A stretch of DNA of 64,000 bases, from assembly GCA_038127595.1 (NCBI GenBank), contig JAYPIC010000001.1:19399-83398 (forward strand), given 5' to 3'. The position numbers and the translations under genes were made by a program. Under the pieces are notes generated by a model, which did no database searches, was not told where the DNA came from, and saw only the letters and a program-made list of their open reading frames with translations. Below are positions 9,151-19,137 of this stretch, one piece after another. The number at the start of each line of letters is the position of its first letter. Positions within the stretch are counted from its first letter, which is position 1. The DNA is from a bacterium (lineage in GTDB: Bacteria; Fidelibacterota; Marinisomatia; Marinisomatales; UBA1611).

Positions 9151-11053
9151 TAAAATACCAAAAGGAGCATTAGCTAATAAATGGTCTGATTACAAGTCAA
9201 AAGTTCCATTAGTTAGTCCTGCCAACAAACTTAATTTAGATGTAATCATCGTTGGTACTGGTTTAGCAGGTGCTTCCGCTGCCTCATCTCTTGCTGAAAT
9301 GGGTTACAACGTGAAAGCTTTTTGTTTTCAAGATAGTCCAAGAAGAGCGCACTCAATTGCAGCCCAAGGAGGGATAAATGCAGCAAAAAATTATCAGAAT
9401 GATGGAGATAGCGTTTACAGATTATTTTATGATACTATAAAGGGTGGTGACTATAGATCCCGTGAAGCAAATGTCCATAGGTTAGCAGAAGTAAGTACAA
9501 ATATTATAGATCAATGTGTAGCTCAAGGTGTCCCTTTTGCAAGAGAATATGGTGGGACCCTAGATAATAGATCATTTGGAGGTGTCCAGGTATCTCGAAC
9601 ATTTTATGCAAGAGGGCAAACTGGGCAACAGCTTCTTTTGGGTGCTTACAGTGCTTTGAGTAGACAAATAAGCAGAGGCACTGTGCAGATGTATAATAGG
9701 CATGAAATGCTTGATGTTGTTATGATTGATGGCGTTGCTAGAGGTATAATTGCAAGAAATTTACTTACGGGCCAATATGAGCGTTACTTTGGGCATGCAG
9801 TTGTTTTGGCAACTGGAGGTTATGGCAATGTTTTTTACCTATCTACAAATGCAATGGGAAGTAACGTAACAGCTGCGTGGAAAGCGTATAAGAGAGGAGC
9901 AATGTTTGGGAATCCTTGTTTTACGCAGATACATCCTACCTGTATTCCTGTATCAGGAGATTATCAATCAAAATTAACATTGATGTCCGAATCACTTAGG
10001 AATGATGGCAGAATTTGGGTTCCTCTAAAGAAAGGTGATTCTAGGCTACCTGAGGATATTCCTGAAGATGAACGAGATTATTATCTTGAAAGGAAATATC
10101 CAGCTTTTGGTAATCTTGTCCCTAGGGATATAGCTTCTAGAGCAGCGAAGGAAAGATGTGATGATGGATATGGTGTCGGCCAAACAAAAATGGCTGTGTA
10201 TCTTGACTTTAAGGATGCTATTAATAATTTAGGTGAAGATACTGTGAGATCTAGATATGGGAATCTCTTCCAAATGTATAATAAAATAACAGGTGAAAAC
10301 CCATACAAAACACCGATGAGAATTTATCCTGCAGTACATTACACTATGGGGGGATTATGGGTAGATTATAATCTAATGACTACTGTACCTGGGTTATATT
10401 CAATTGGAGAATCAAATTTTTCAGATCATGGAGCAAATAGGTTAGGCGCCTCTGCTTTGATGCAAGGCCTTGCTGATGGTTATTTTGTTCTGCCTTATAC
10501 TATTGGAGAATATTTATCTAAAGAAATTAGGACAGATAGAATATCGACAGAGGATGAACACTTTGTTATTGCTGAAAAAGAAACAAGAAAACGGAATGAA
10601 AAATTACTCAATATTAAAGGTAAAAAAAGTGTAGAGAGCTTGCACAGGGAATTGGGTAAAATTATGTGGGATAACTGTGGAATGTCTAGAAATGAAAAAG
10701 ATTTAAAAAATGCGCTAACTCAGATAAAAGACCTTAAAAAAGATTTTTGGCAAAATATTTTTGTACCTGGTTCTGATAATGAACTAAACCCAGAGCTTGA
10801 AAAAGCGGGAAGGGTTGCTGACTTTATTGAACTAGGGGAACTTATGATCTATGACGCATTGGATAGAGAAGAATCCTGCGGAGGTCATTTTAGAGAAGAG
10901 CACCAAACTCCTGAGGGGGAAGCGCTTAGAGATGATGAGAACTATACGTTTGTTTCTGCGTGGGAATATAAAGGTGATGACAAGGTGCCAGAATTGCATA
11001 AAGAAAATTTAAATTATGAAGAGGTAACCCCTACTCAAAGGAGTTATAAATAA
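9140..11053 (+). CDS. sdhA: Succinate dehydrogenase/fumarate reductase flavoprotein subunit
   Basis: FAD-binding [15 protein letters not shown], the covalent-FAD His region [20 protein letters not shown], and [10 protein letters not shown]. Start re-set to ATG 9140 (MLDSKIPKG), overlapping the sdhC stop. Confidence 0.95.
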   Translation: MLDSKIPKGALANKWSDYKSKVPLVSPANKLNLDVIIVGTGLAGASAASSLAEMGYNVKAFCFQDSPRRAHSIAAQGGINAAKNYQNDGDSVYRLFYDTIKGGDYRSREANVHRLAEVSTNIIDQCVAQGVPFAREYGGTLDNRSFGGVQVSRTFYARGQTGQQLLLGAYSALSRQISRGTVQMYNRHEMLDVVMIDGVARGIIARNLLTGQYERYFGHAVVLATGGYGNVFYLSTNAMGSNVTAAWKAYKRGAMFGNPCFTQIHPTCIPVSGDYQSKLTLMSESLRNDGRIWVPLKKGDSRLPEDIPEDERDYYLERKYPAFGNLVPRDIASRAAKERCDDGYGVGQTKMAVYLDFKDAINNLGEDTVRSRYGNLFQMYNKITGENPYKTPMRIYPAVHYTMGGLWVDYNLMTTVPGLYSIGESNFSDHGANRLGASALMQGLADGYFVLPYTIGEYLSKEIRTDRISTEDEHFVIAEKETRKRNEKLLNIKGKKSVESLHRELGKIMWDNCGMSRNEKDLKNALTQIKDLKKDFWQNIFVPGSDNELNPELEKAGRVADFIELGELMIYDALDREESCGGHFREEHQTPEGEALRDDENYTFVSAWEYKGDDKVPELHKENLNYEEVTPTQRSYK

Positions 11054-11806
11054 ATGAAAGAGCTAACAATTAAATTGAAAGTTTGGCGACAAAAAAACTC
11101 TAAAGACAAGGGCAGATTTGTTGATTATGATGTTCCTGGTCTTAATGAGCATATGTCTTTTTTAGAAATGTTAGATGTTTTAAACGAACGTTTAATTTCA
11201 TTAGGAGAGGAGCCAATTGCTTTTGATCATGATTGTAGAGAAGGAATTTGTGGCAGTTGCTCTATGGTGATTAACGGCAAGCCTCATGGTCCTCTGAAAG
11301 GGACAACTACTTGTCAACTGCATATGTATCATTTCAAAGATGGAGACAATATAGTAATTGAACCGTGGAGAGCAAAACCTTTTCCTGTAATTAAAGATTT
11401 AGTTGTAGATAGAACTCCATTTGATAGAATTATACAATCTGGTGGGTATATATCCGTAAATACTGGAAGTGCACCAGATGGTAATGCTATACCAATTTCG
11501 CAAGAGGATGCTTTGTATGCATTCGATGCTGCTGCATGTATTGGATGTGGTGCATGTGTTGCTGCCTGTAAAAACGCTTCAGCTAGTTTATTTGTTTCGG
11601 CTAAAGTATCTCAGTTAGCTTCATTGCCACAAGGACAACCTGAGAGAGACAAAAGAGTAGTGGCAATGGTAGATAAAATGGATGAAGAAGGATTTGGGCA
11701 TTGTACAAACACTGGAGCATGCGAGGCTGAGTGTCCTAAAGAAATTTCTCAAGAATATATAAGAAAGATGAACTGGGAATATCACAGAGCTAACATCAAG
11801 GGTTAG
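11054..11806 (+). CDS. sdhB: Succinate dehydrogenase/fumarate reductase iron-sulfur subunit
   Basis: 2Fe-2[10 protein letters not shown]; 4Fe-4S/3Fe-4S clusters [11 protein letters not shown] and [12 protein letters not shown]. Abuts the sdhA stop. Confidence 0.95.
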   Translation: MKELTIKLKVWRQKNSKDKGRFVDYDVPGLNEHMSFLEMLDVLNERLISLGEEPIAFDHDCREGICGSCSMVINGKPHGPLKGTTTCQLHMYHFKDGDNIVIEPWRAKPFPVIKDLVVDRTPFDRIIQSGGYISVNTGSAPDGNAIPISQEDALYAFDAAACIGCGACVAACKNASASLFVSAKVSQLASLPQGQPERDKRVVAMVDKMDEEGFGHCTNTGACEAECPKEISQEYIRKMNWEYHRANIKG

Positions 11807-11812
11807 CAGCCT

Positions 11813-12427
11813 TTATTTTAATCTGAAGTTAACTGGTATTGAAATCCAGACACCAACAGCTCTTTCTCTTTGTTTCGCAGGCCTAAACCTTGTTTTTCTA
11901 ATTGCCTCCATTGCTGCTTCATCAAGTCCAGTATTTGGAATTCCTTTTAGGATAATAGTTTCTTTCACTCTTCCTTTTTGATCTATAAATGCTTGAACTA
12001 CAACGACTCCTTCTATTCCAGCTTCTTGAGCAATTTCGGGGTATATCGGTCTTATTGCGCTTATTGGTTTTGGAGGGTCATCGTAAGGAATAAACTTTAC
12101 TTTTGGGCCACTAGGTGCAGGAGGAGCGTCCCAAGCTTCAAAATCATCAAAATCTAGATCATCTAATGTTACATCATCTGCAATATCTTCATCGTCTGTA
12201 GGTACTGGTATGGAAGGCCTTGCTGGTGGAGGCGTATTGTCTATCTGTTGAGTCTGTGGGATGTCGATATTTTCAATTACAATTTGATCCACAGTACCAA
12301 ATTCAGATTCTGTAACAAATCTTGGGAATACTAAAAATATTAATACTAAACTAAATATACCACAAAGCCCTGCAATTCTAACAGTTATTGGATACTTACC
12401 TTTTAATGGGTTTGTATTTAGTTTCAT
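11813..12427 (-). CDS. tonB: TonB family energy transducer
   Basis: N-terminal anchor, Pro-rich linker (PPPARPSIPVP, PPAPSGP), and a C-terminal TonB domain (PIYPEIAQEAGIEGVVVVQAFIDQKGRV ... FRPAKQRERAVGVWISIPVNF). Last gene of the exbB-exbD-exbD-tonB string. Confidence 0.8.
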   Translation of the reverse strand: MKLNTNPLKGKYPITVRIAGLCGIFSLVLIFLVFPRFVTESEFGTVDQIVIENIDIPQTQQIDNTPPPARPSIPVPTDDEDIADDVTLDDLDFDDFEAWDAPPAPSGPKVKFIPYDDPPKPISAIRPIYPEIAQEAGIEGVVVVQAFIDQKGRVKETIILKGIPNTGLDEAAMEAIRKTRFRPAKQRERAVGVWISIPVNFRLK

Positions 12428-12837
12428 TAGCGAACTAGTGTTTTCGTACTATAATTAAGTTTTAGAGCATCCGCTTCTCTTAACTCTTCATGTATAGAGG
12501 AAATGAGTTCCATTTTTGCCTCTTCATCAGCTTTTAGAGAAACAATTAGTTGCGGATCTGACACTCTTTTTTCATACATTATTTTAGCGACATCTTGTAC
12601 CGCAAAAAGTCTATCATTTATTGATACTAGTCCTTCTTTGGAAACCCAAATGTGGGCAGTGTGACGTTTACCTTTTAATTTTTCTATTTTTTCAGCTTTT
12701 GGAATATTTACCGGTAGTCCAGAGTATTCACGCAGAACCGTGGTGACCATGAAAAATATTAGAAGCATGAATATAATATCAGGCATTGATGATGTCGGAA
12801 TTTCGCTTGATAATTGTGTTTTTCTTGAAAAGTTCAT
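12427..12837 (-). CDS. exbD: ExbD/TolR biopolymer transport protein
   Basis: Typical N-terminus (MPDIIFMLLIFFMVTT); about 135 aa; overlaps its neighbours by 1 nt. Confidence 0.85.
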   Translation of the reverse strand: MNFSRKTQLSSEIPTSSMPDIIFMLLIFFMVTTVLREYSGLPVNIPKAEKIEKLKGKRHTAHIWVSKEGLVSINDRLFAVQDVAKIMYEKRVSDPQLIVSLKADEEAKMELISSIHEELREADALKLNYSTKTLVR

Positions 12838-13235
12838 TAGTTTGAATTTGCTATGGATATTTTTTTTGCATTTGCAATTTTTAATTGATCTATTACTCTA
12901 ACATAATCACTGTAAGCAGTTTTTGGATGAGCTTTTACAGAAACAATCAATAGTGGGTTTTGACTCAATCTCTTCTTAACAATTCTGTTAATTTGTTCTA
13001 CATCTGTTGGTTCTTCGTCAAGTAGAACCTTACCCTGTGAATTAATTAGACAATTAAGAATATTCTTTTTTTGAATTTCTATTTCAACATCACCTGCTGG
13101 TGGGAGCACGATACCTAAGCCTTTGTCGGTATCTATTGTTGTGGTAACAAGAAAAAACACCAATAACAGGAAAGCTATATCTGCCATGGATCCAGTCGGG
13201 ATTTCTCCCCCCTTAAAACGACGATTCCTAATCAT
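12837..13235 (-). CDS. exbD: ExbD/TolR biopolymer transport protein (second copy)
   Basis: MADIAFLLLVFFLVTT motif; 132 aa; in tandem with the other exbD. Confidence 0.85.
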   Translation of the reverse strand: MIRNRRFKGGEIPTGSMADIAFLLLVFFLVTTTIDTDKGLGIVLPPAGDVEIEIQKKNILNCLINSQGKVLLDEEPTDVEQINRIVKKRLSQNPLLIVSVKAHPKTAYSDYVRVIDQLKIANAKKISIANSN

Positions 13236-13245
13236 TCAACAAAAA

Positions 13246-13851
13246 TTATTTTGAGTCTTGTAAATATTCTACAATTTTAATTGATTGCTCTTCCATATCT
13301 AAGATAAGCTTATCTATCATTGATACAAAAAAGTTCTGTGAAACTTGCATTATCATTGCTACAATAAGACCAAAGGCTGTAGTTAAAAGAGCCTGGGAAA
13401 TACCACCTGCAACAACAGCAGGAGATATATCGTTGGCCATTTTAATATCTTCAAATGCTTTGATCATACCTACAACGGTTCCTGTAAAACCAAGCATAGG
13501 TGCTATGGTAATTACTGAGTTAATCCAGATCATATTTTTTTCAAGAAAAGCCATTTCTAAACCACCAGCATTTTGTACTGCTTTTTCAATTTCTTCTTTC
13601 TGTTTCCCCATTTTTGAAAGCCCTGCTAAAAATATTGATGCAACAGGTCCTGGTGTGGATTCACAAAACTCGATAGCTTTATCTTTTCCTGAGTCATCAT
13701 AAACACTTTTTACATCTTCAAAAAACTTATTTGTATCAGAGCTTGAATTAACCAGTGAATAGGCTCTTTCTCCTACTACAGCTAAGCCAAATAGTAGAGC
13801 TATAAGAATTGGCCACATAAAGCCACCACCTTGTACAAAAAAATCAACCAT
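13246..13851 (-). CDS. exbB: MotA/TolQ/ExbB proton channel protein
   Basis: Three TM segments and the conserved C-terminal core (APMLGFTGTVVGMIKAF ... ISQALLTTAFGLIVA). Confidence 0.9.
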   Translation of the reverse strand: MVDFFVQGGGFMWPILIALLFGLAVVGERAYSLVNSSSDTNKFFEDVKSVYDDSGKDKAIEFCESTPGPVASIFLAGLSKMGKQKEEIEKAVQNAGGLEMAFLEKNMIWINSVITIAPMLGFTGTVVGMIKAFEDIKMANDISPAVVAGGISQALLTTAFGLIVAMIMQVSQNFFVSMIDKLILDMEEQSIKIVEYLQDSK

Positions 13852-13927
13852 TTATTACCTCCATAATTATGAGTTTATATTTTTAAAAAATTTAAATATC
13901 CAATTTTATTTATAATCAGCTTATAAT

Positions 13928-15544
13928 TTAATTACGGTAACCCAAGAATGCATTAGCTTCGTTAAAATATTTTAGCGCTTCAGAAACTTGATTATCAAGA
14001 GCTAGTCTTATGCTAGCAGATTCATCTTTTCCCCATATTGTTCCAGCAATTTCACTTTTTATTCTATTGTTGATAAATGTCCTATCCATTTCGAGAGAGT
14101 CTGCTATGAAAGAAATAGAATCGCTATCAAGATAATCTAAAAATTGTGAGTATATAGCTTGATTTACTTCCCAGTTCTTTTTAAACCTTGTAAAAGATTC
14201 ATATCCTAAATCATTCTGAGTAGCATAAGAAGAAGAAAAATTAAAGATCGGTCTTTCAGGGTTACGTAAAAGCTTTTGCGTTTCTTTTGTTAATTTACTT
14301 TTATATGGAATGTATTTGTCTGGCGTTATTCCGCCACCGCCATATACTGTGCGACCATTTCTTGTTTTATATTGAGGTCTCAATTTTCTAAGACTATCTA
14401 ATACTGATTCTCTGTCGTTAGCATAGAGTTCTTTGTAGTATGTCAAGTCATCACCTTCTTCATATGGTCTTTGGATTAATCGACCACTTGGAGTATAATA
14501 CCTTGCCATTGTTATTCGAATTGCAGAGCCGCCTTCAAGTGGCAATTGCCTTTGTACCAATCCTTTCCCAAAACTAGTTTCGCCAACAATCAATCCCCTG
14601 TCAAGGTCTTGGACTGCACCAGAAACTATTTCGCTCGCACTAGCTGAACCTCGGTTTATCAAGACTATGAGTGAAAAATCATCTCTCCCTTTTTTTGGAT
14701 CAGAGATGAAAGCTTGATTTGAATCTGAAATTTTTCCTTTTGTATAAACCAGTGTGTCCTTCGTTGAAATAAATAAATTAGACACTGCTGCTGCTTGTTC
14801 TAAATATCCACCACTGTTTCCGCGTAAATCAAAAATTAGTTTTTTAAAATTTTGTTTATCTAGTTTATCAATGGCCTTATTTACTTCATCAATGGTGGTA
14901 GCTGAAAACCTCCTCAATAATATGTAACCAGTATCTTCATCAAGCATTGTAGCCGCACCGACACTATATATTGGAATGTCGTCTCTGATTATAGTAACAT
15001 CAAAAGGTTCTTCTTGGCCAATGCGCTGTACTGATATATCAACTTTAGTGCCTTTTCTTCCCCTAAGTTTTTTTACAACTTCATCTTTTGTTATTTTGTA
15101 AGCATCTTCTCCATTAATTGCAACTATTCTATCGCCAGACTGAAGTCCAGCATAGTCCGATGGACTATCAGGAACCGGAGAAATCACTGTTATATAACCA
15201 TGAAGCACATCAAACTCAATCCCAATTCCTTGAAAATTTCCTCTGAATAGTTCATCTATATTTTCTTGCTCTTTGGCTGGTATATAAGTCGAATGCGGGT
15301 CTAGTTCCTCCATTAATCCATGGAAAGCACCATCCATTATCTTATCCATGTCAACGGCATCAAAATAAAAGTGATCAACATAAGATATAATTTGCTGCAT
15401 GACCATTATTTTATTTTTTAAAATTTTATATATGTTTTTGTTTTTAGAATATGCTTCCGGCATAAAAATTATGACAGCGATTATGAACCCAAATATGGCA
15501 GAGGTAACCATTGGCCAAATACGATTGACTTGATTTTTTGACAT
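13928..15544 (-). CDS. ctp: Carboxyl-terminal processing protease (peptidase S41) with PDZ domain
   Basis: PDZ (SPSDYAGLQSGDRIVAINGE); S41 catalytic region (DLRGNSGGYLEQA, NRGSASASEIVSGAVQD, FGKGLVQ). Confidence 0.9.
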   Translation of the reverse strand: MSKNQVNRIWPMVTSAIFGFIIAVIIFMPEAYSKNKNIYKILKNKIMVMQQIISYVDHFYFDAVDMDKIMDGAFHGLMEELDPHSTYIPAKEQENIDELFRGNFQGIGIEFDVLHGYITVISPVPDSPSDYAGLQSGDRIVAINGEDAYKITKDEVVKKLRGRKGTKVDISVQRIGQEEPFDVTIIRDDIPIYSVGAATMLDEDTGYILLRRFSATTIDEVNKAIDKLDKQNFKKLIFDLRGNSGGYLEQAAAVSNLFISTKDTLVYTKGKISDSNQAFISDPKKGRDDFSLIVLINRGSASASEIVSGAVQDLDRGLIVGETSFGKGLVQRQLPLEGGSAIRITMARYYTPSGRLIQRPYEEGDDLTYYKELYANDRESVLDSLRKLRPQYKTRNGRTVYGGGGITPDKYIPYKSKLTKETQKLLRNPERPIFNFSSSYATQNDLGYESFTRFKKNWEVNQAIYSQFLDYLDSDSISFIADSLEMDRTFINNRIKSEIAGTIWGKDESASIRLALDNQVSEALKYFNEANAFLGYRN

Positions 15545-15573
15545 TTATTTAATGAATTAAATTGAAAAGAGGG

Positions 15574-16467
15574 TTATAACCCAAGATATAGCATAGTCCT
15601 AAATGTAACACCGCTTAAAGTGTACTCTTCAGAGTCTCCGATAAGGTACCTACTGTTAAGTTTCCAACGACCTTGACCAATAGTTCCTTTGTTAAATCCA
15701 GCACTTATTCTTAGACCAACTCTATCGAGAAGTTGCCATTTAACAGCAACATATGGTTGAAAATTAAAAAATGTACCACTTAGATCAGACATTACTCCTG
15801 GTGCATTTGCCGCATTAAACCCCGAAATTGGATTGCCAAGGTTATCGACAGCGTAATAATAATTTACAGTCGAATTAGAATCAGCGTCTACGCCAGGTAC
15901 TTTAGGACCATATGAAAAATCAAACATTTCAGTCCATTTAGGGTTTGCCGCATATTGATCAATAGATAAATTCATTCTTCCAAGCCCCATCATGGCTCCA
16001 GCAGAAATCTCAAGATCTTGAAAAACAGGCATAACATATTCTATGGATGCTGCACCAAGTGAAATAGTAATCTTTGCTTCTATTGATGGATCAAAGTTAC
16101 CATCGTAATCAACTGAATTATCGATTTCATTCTGATCGAGAACACCATCTCCATCTGCATCTACAAATAAACGAACGTTAGTGACTGTGCTAATGCTTGA
16201 GCTACCAACACCGGCGTAGCTTCCAATTCTCCATTTTCCTGTCATGTGAGCAAAGCCCTCTCCGCCGTGTACAACAAAAGGAGAGTCGAATTTTTTAGGA
16301 TCTAATCCCAAGTCTTTTAATAGGTCGGTAGCTGGGAAATCCTCAATGTTTATATACATCGGGCTATATCCTATTCCACCACCAAAAAAGTCAGTAACAG
16401 GATATAGATCAAATTGACTGTAAAGTGATGTTATAAAGAATGTTATGCTTGTAATTATTTTTTTCAC
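15574..16467 (-). CDS. Putative outer-membrane beta-barrel protein with a Ca-binding-like DADGDGVLDQNE loop
   Basis: Signal peptide (MKKIITSITFFITSLYS/Q). Alternating amphipathic strands rich in G/Y/S. One thrombospondin-type-3-like Asp motif (VDADGDGVLDQNEID). No family assignment possible. Confidence 0.45.
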   Translation of the reverse strand: MKKIITSITFFITSLYSQFDLYPVTDFFGGGIGYSPMYINIEDFPATDLLKDLGLDPKKFDSPFVVHGGEGFAHMTGKWRIGSYAGVGSSSISTVTNVRLFVDADGDGVLDQNEIDNSVDYDGNFDPSIEAKITISLGAASIEYVMPVFQDLEISAGAMMGLGRMNLSIDQYAANPKWTEMFDFSYGPKVPGVDADSNSTVNYYYAVDNLGNPISGFNAANAPGVMSDLSGTFFNFQPYVAVKWQLLDRVGLRISAGFNKGTIGQGRWKLNSRYLIGDSEEYTLSGVTFRTMLYLGL

Positions 16468-16717
16468 AATATAAGACCTCTCCGCAATGTATATGAAATC
16501 TAGTCAATTTATGTACTATCCATTAAATACAAAAGAAAATATATGCTGAATTTTGATCAAAAATAAAAAAAACTAATTTTCGGTCTTTTTCTTGGAAAAA
16601 ATGGTTCTTTAACCTATATTTTTCGCTAGAGTAAACGAGGTAAGGGAGTTTATTTCTATAATCTCCTGTAAAATAGATACGTCTTGACGTGGATAATTGT
16701 TCAAGGCAGAAAGTATA

Positions 16718-19129
16718 ATGATGCGGAAAAATAACATTATTTTTGGTATTTACTGGTGCATTTATGTATCTGTATTGTGCTATGAATCATTGTTAGGTGG
16801 TCAACTAAATAGGACTAGCGGTCTTTATGACCTTGATGGTGATGGTCATAGAGAGGTCCTAGTTATCAGTAGTTCTGATAGGATGGCTGCATTGATTGAA
16901 TTCAAAGGTAAGGTGATAAGTGACACTGTTTGGTCTTACACTCTTCCTCAAGGGACTTATTTTACAGATGTTTCCATATTAGACATTGATAACAATGGTC
17001 AGCCAGATCTTATCGCATCTTCAAAAATCAATGCAGATAGTAATGACGATGGTTGGCTTTATGTTTTTCAGGGTACAATGAAAGGTTTTTCAAATATGCC
17101 ACTGATTGCTGGTCAATCTGGTCTTGAGTTTGAAAATATCAGGCCTTTAAATCTATCAAGAGTTTATGGAAGTTCATCACAACTTTCCGTTTCATTTGGT
17201 ACTCCTGTTAGGAAGACTTTAGTTTTTAACCCCCACATCAAAAACGAACAATTGGAAATCAAAAACGCCAAGGTTTTGAGTGAACCATTAATTCAGAATG
17301 GCTTTGGCCATATGTATTCAGGCGGATTTGTTTCATTTGGCGGCAATTATGTTGCGCAATTTTCAGCAGAGATAAACACTCTTAAGGTTGCTATTTTTAA
17401 TGCAAATGAAAATTTTAAACATGTAACAACTGAAATTTTAAGTTTGGGTAATGCTAGAGGAATCATTGGAGCTGAAGTTCAATCATATAATAATTTAAAA
17501 AAAGGTGAGCAGGGGTTATTGATACCATTTAGAACCGGTGAAGTAAAAATACTTAATGTTAAATCAGGTAAAGTAAAAATAGATGATTCAGAATTCTCAC
17601 ATGAAGAATTGTTTTTAGAAATGGAAGACCCAGATAAATCAGAAATTCTAGATTTAGTGAACAATAGAATAGAATCTGGCTTTTATGACAAGACCATTAC
17701 TAAAGAAGATTATATTAATGATAATGAGTTAAAAAAGTTTGGTTTAGTTAAAAAGCCTATTGATGGGCCTACTTTAGTTGATTATTTAAATGAAGCTGGG
17801 ATAGTGAAAAAGCCTAAAGATCGTAAAAGAATTGATATTCCTGCTGAAAGTTCTGATATGAGTAGTGAAATATGGGCTGCAAAAGCATCAGTTAAAGTTG
17901 AACAGATAGACTCTACGTTGCTTTCTTTAAATGATTCTATTTTTAAAAATCCAATACCAGATGAAGATAAAGAAATTGCATTCCACAGGACAGTATTCGG
18001 GCCTTCTGATTCTGTTGCTATAGCAGAAACATGGGAGGATACATTAAGAAATGTTCTTGTCCCTGAATCCCTTGGCTTGTCTGAAAAAGAAGAAGAAAAA
18101 ACTGGTATTGACCTTTATTATGTAATGGTAATGACGCCATCCAAAGGGAATAAAGATAGATATGTTTTTGATGGTGAAGCGCCATTTGGAATAAATGTCA
18201 TGCAAGTTCCTCCAATGGGAGAAGCTACTCATTTCCAGCATAGCGTGTCTGCAAATACAAATTTTTTACGCAGGGGGAATGATTACGATTTTGCATATAC
18301 CTTAAAAGAGCAAGTCTCTGATAGTATAACTACTCTTACAATGGTTCATGATATGCAGACCAATATTATCTTTATGTCTATTTCACCAGAAGCAGATTCA
18401 ATCTCTCAATCTTATCAACCAGAAGCATTTGATCCCAAGTTATTTGAATTTCCTGATTACTTTTTTGAAGGTTTCCCGACCAGTTTAGGCATGGATTTTA
18501 AAGATAAGCTGATTAAGTTTTCTTTTGATGACTCTGGAGATAGTGCAAATTACCAGGGGCTTTACCTATCTGCAACCACCCCTTCAAACCCATCTCAATC
18601 TCTGGCTGTTTTTTTAAATGAAGGTACTTTGCAGGCCATTAGAGGAGAAGTTAAAGTTCGTGAAAATGGTTCTAAAAAAATAACCACTCAATTTGATATT
18701 GCTGGTTATCTTGAACCATCTGCTATGTTCTCTAGATTGATTCAAGAAGAGTTTTCAGATTCCCTAAAGACTAATTTACTTCAAGGTGCCTATCTAGAAG
18801 AGCCTCTCTTTGGCCCTAGTGGTAAGCTGCCAAAAGTTTCTCATGAAAGAAGAATTCCAGAAGCTCAGTTTGATCAAAAAAATCCTGATATTCCTGTAGA
18901 TCCTTTAAAAGGAATTTACCCAGAGGGTCAGGGCATCATTACAAATTCTAAAGCTAAATTAGAAACGGCTGCTCCTGAACCACAAGGCCCGGTAGATAAT
19001 CCTTCTGATCCTGATATAGAAAACGCGATCTCAAGTTCTAAATCGGATACTTTAAATCTTGAAAATGCAAAGAGTGCTTTGCCAGAATCAATCGAGATTA
19101 AGACAAATAAGCCTGAGGAAAACCGATAA
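16718..19129 (+). CDS. Large exported protein with an FG-GAP/VCBS-like N-terminal region and a Pro/Glu-rich C-terminus
   Basis: Start re-set to ATG 16718 (MMRKNNIIFGIYWCIYVSVLCY anchor). DxDGDG-type motifs are present (LYDLDGDGHREVLV, ILDIDNNGQPDLIA). The N-terminal ~130 aa resemble the N-terminus of the next gene. Confidence 0.5.
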   Translation: MMRKNNIIFGIYWCIYVSVLCYESLLGGQLNRTSGLYDLDGDGHREVLVISSSDRMAALIEFKGKVISDTVWSYTLPQGTYFTDVSILDIDNNGQPDLIASSKINADSNDDGWLYVFQGTMKGFSNMPLIAGQSGLEFENIRPLNLSRVYGSSSQLSVSFGTPVRKTLVFNPHIKNEQLEIKNAKVLSEPLIQNGFGHMYSGGFVSFGGNYVAQFSAEINTLKVAIFNANENFKHVTTEILSLGNARGIIGAEVQSYNNLKKGEQGLLIPFRTGEVKILNVKSGKVKIDDSEFSHEELFLEMEDPDKSEILDLVNNRIESGFYDKTITKEDYINDNELKKFGLVKKPIDGPTLVDYLNEAGIVKKPKDRKRIDIPAESSDMSSEIWAAKASVKVEQIDSTLLSLNDSIFKNPIPDEDKEIAFHRTVFGPSDSVAIAETWEDTLRNVLVPESLGLSEKEEEKTGIDLYYVMVMTPSKGNKDRYVFDGEAPFGINVMQVPPMGEATHFQHSVSANTNFLRRGNDYDFAYTLKEQVSDSITTLTMVHDMQTNIIFMSISPEADSISQSYQPEAFDPKLFEFPDYFFEGFPTSLGMDFKDKLIKFSFDDSGDSANYQGLYLSATTPSNPSQSLAVFLNEGTLQAIRGEVKVRENGSKKITTQFDIAGYLEPSAMFSRLIQEEFSDSLKTNLLQGAYLEEPLFGPSGKLPKVSHERRIPEAQFDQKNPDIPVDPLKGIYPEGQGIITNSKAKLETAAPEPQGPVDNPSDPDIENAISSSKSDTLNLENAKSALPESIEIKTNKPEENR

Positions 19130-19137
19130 ACAACAAG

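Noticed and set aside
16679-16690. Palindrome ACGTC-TT-GACGT containing TTGACG, and a TATAAT immediately before the ATG at 16718, considered as the promoter or operator of the giant-protein operon.
   Set aside because: TTGACG-to-TATAAT spacing is about 24 nt, too long for a sigma70-type promoter. The TATAAT abuts the start codon. A 5-bp-arm palindrome is too short to call.
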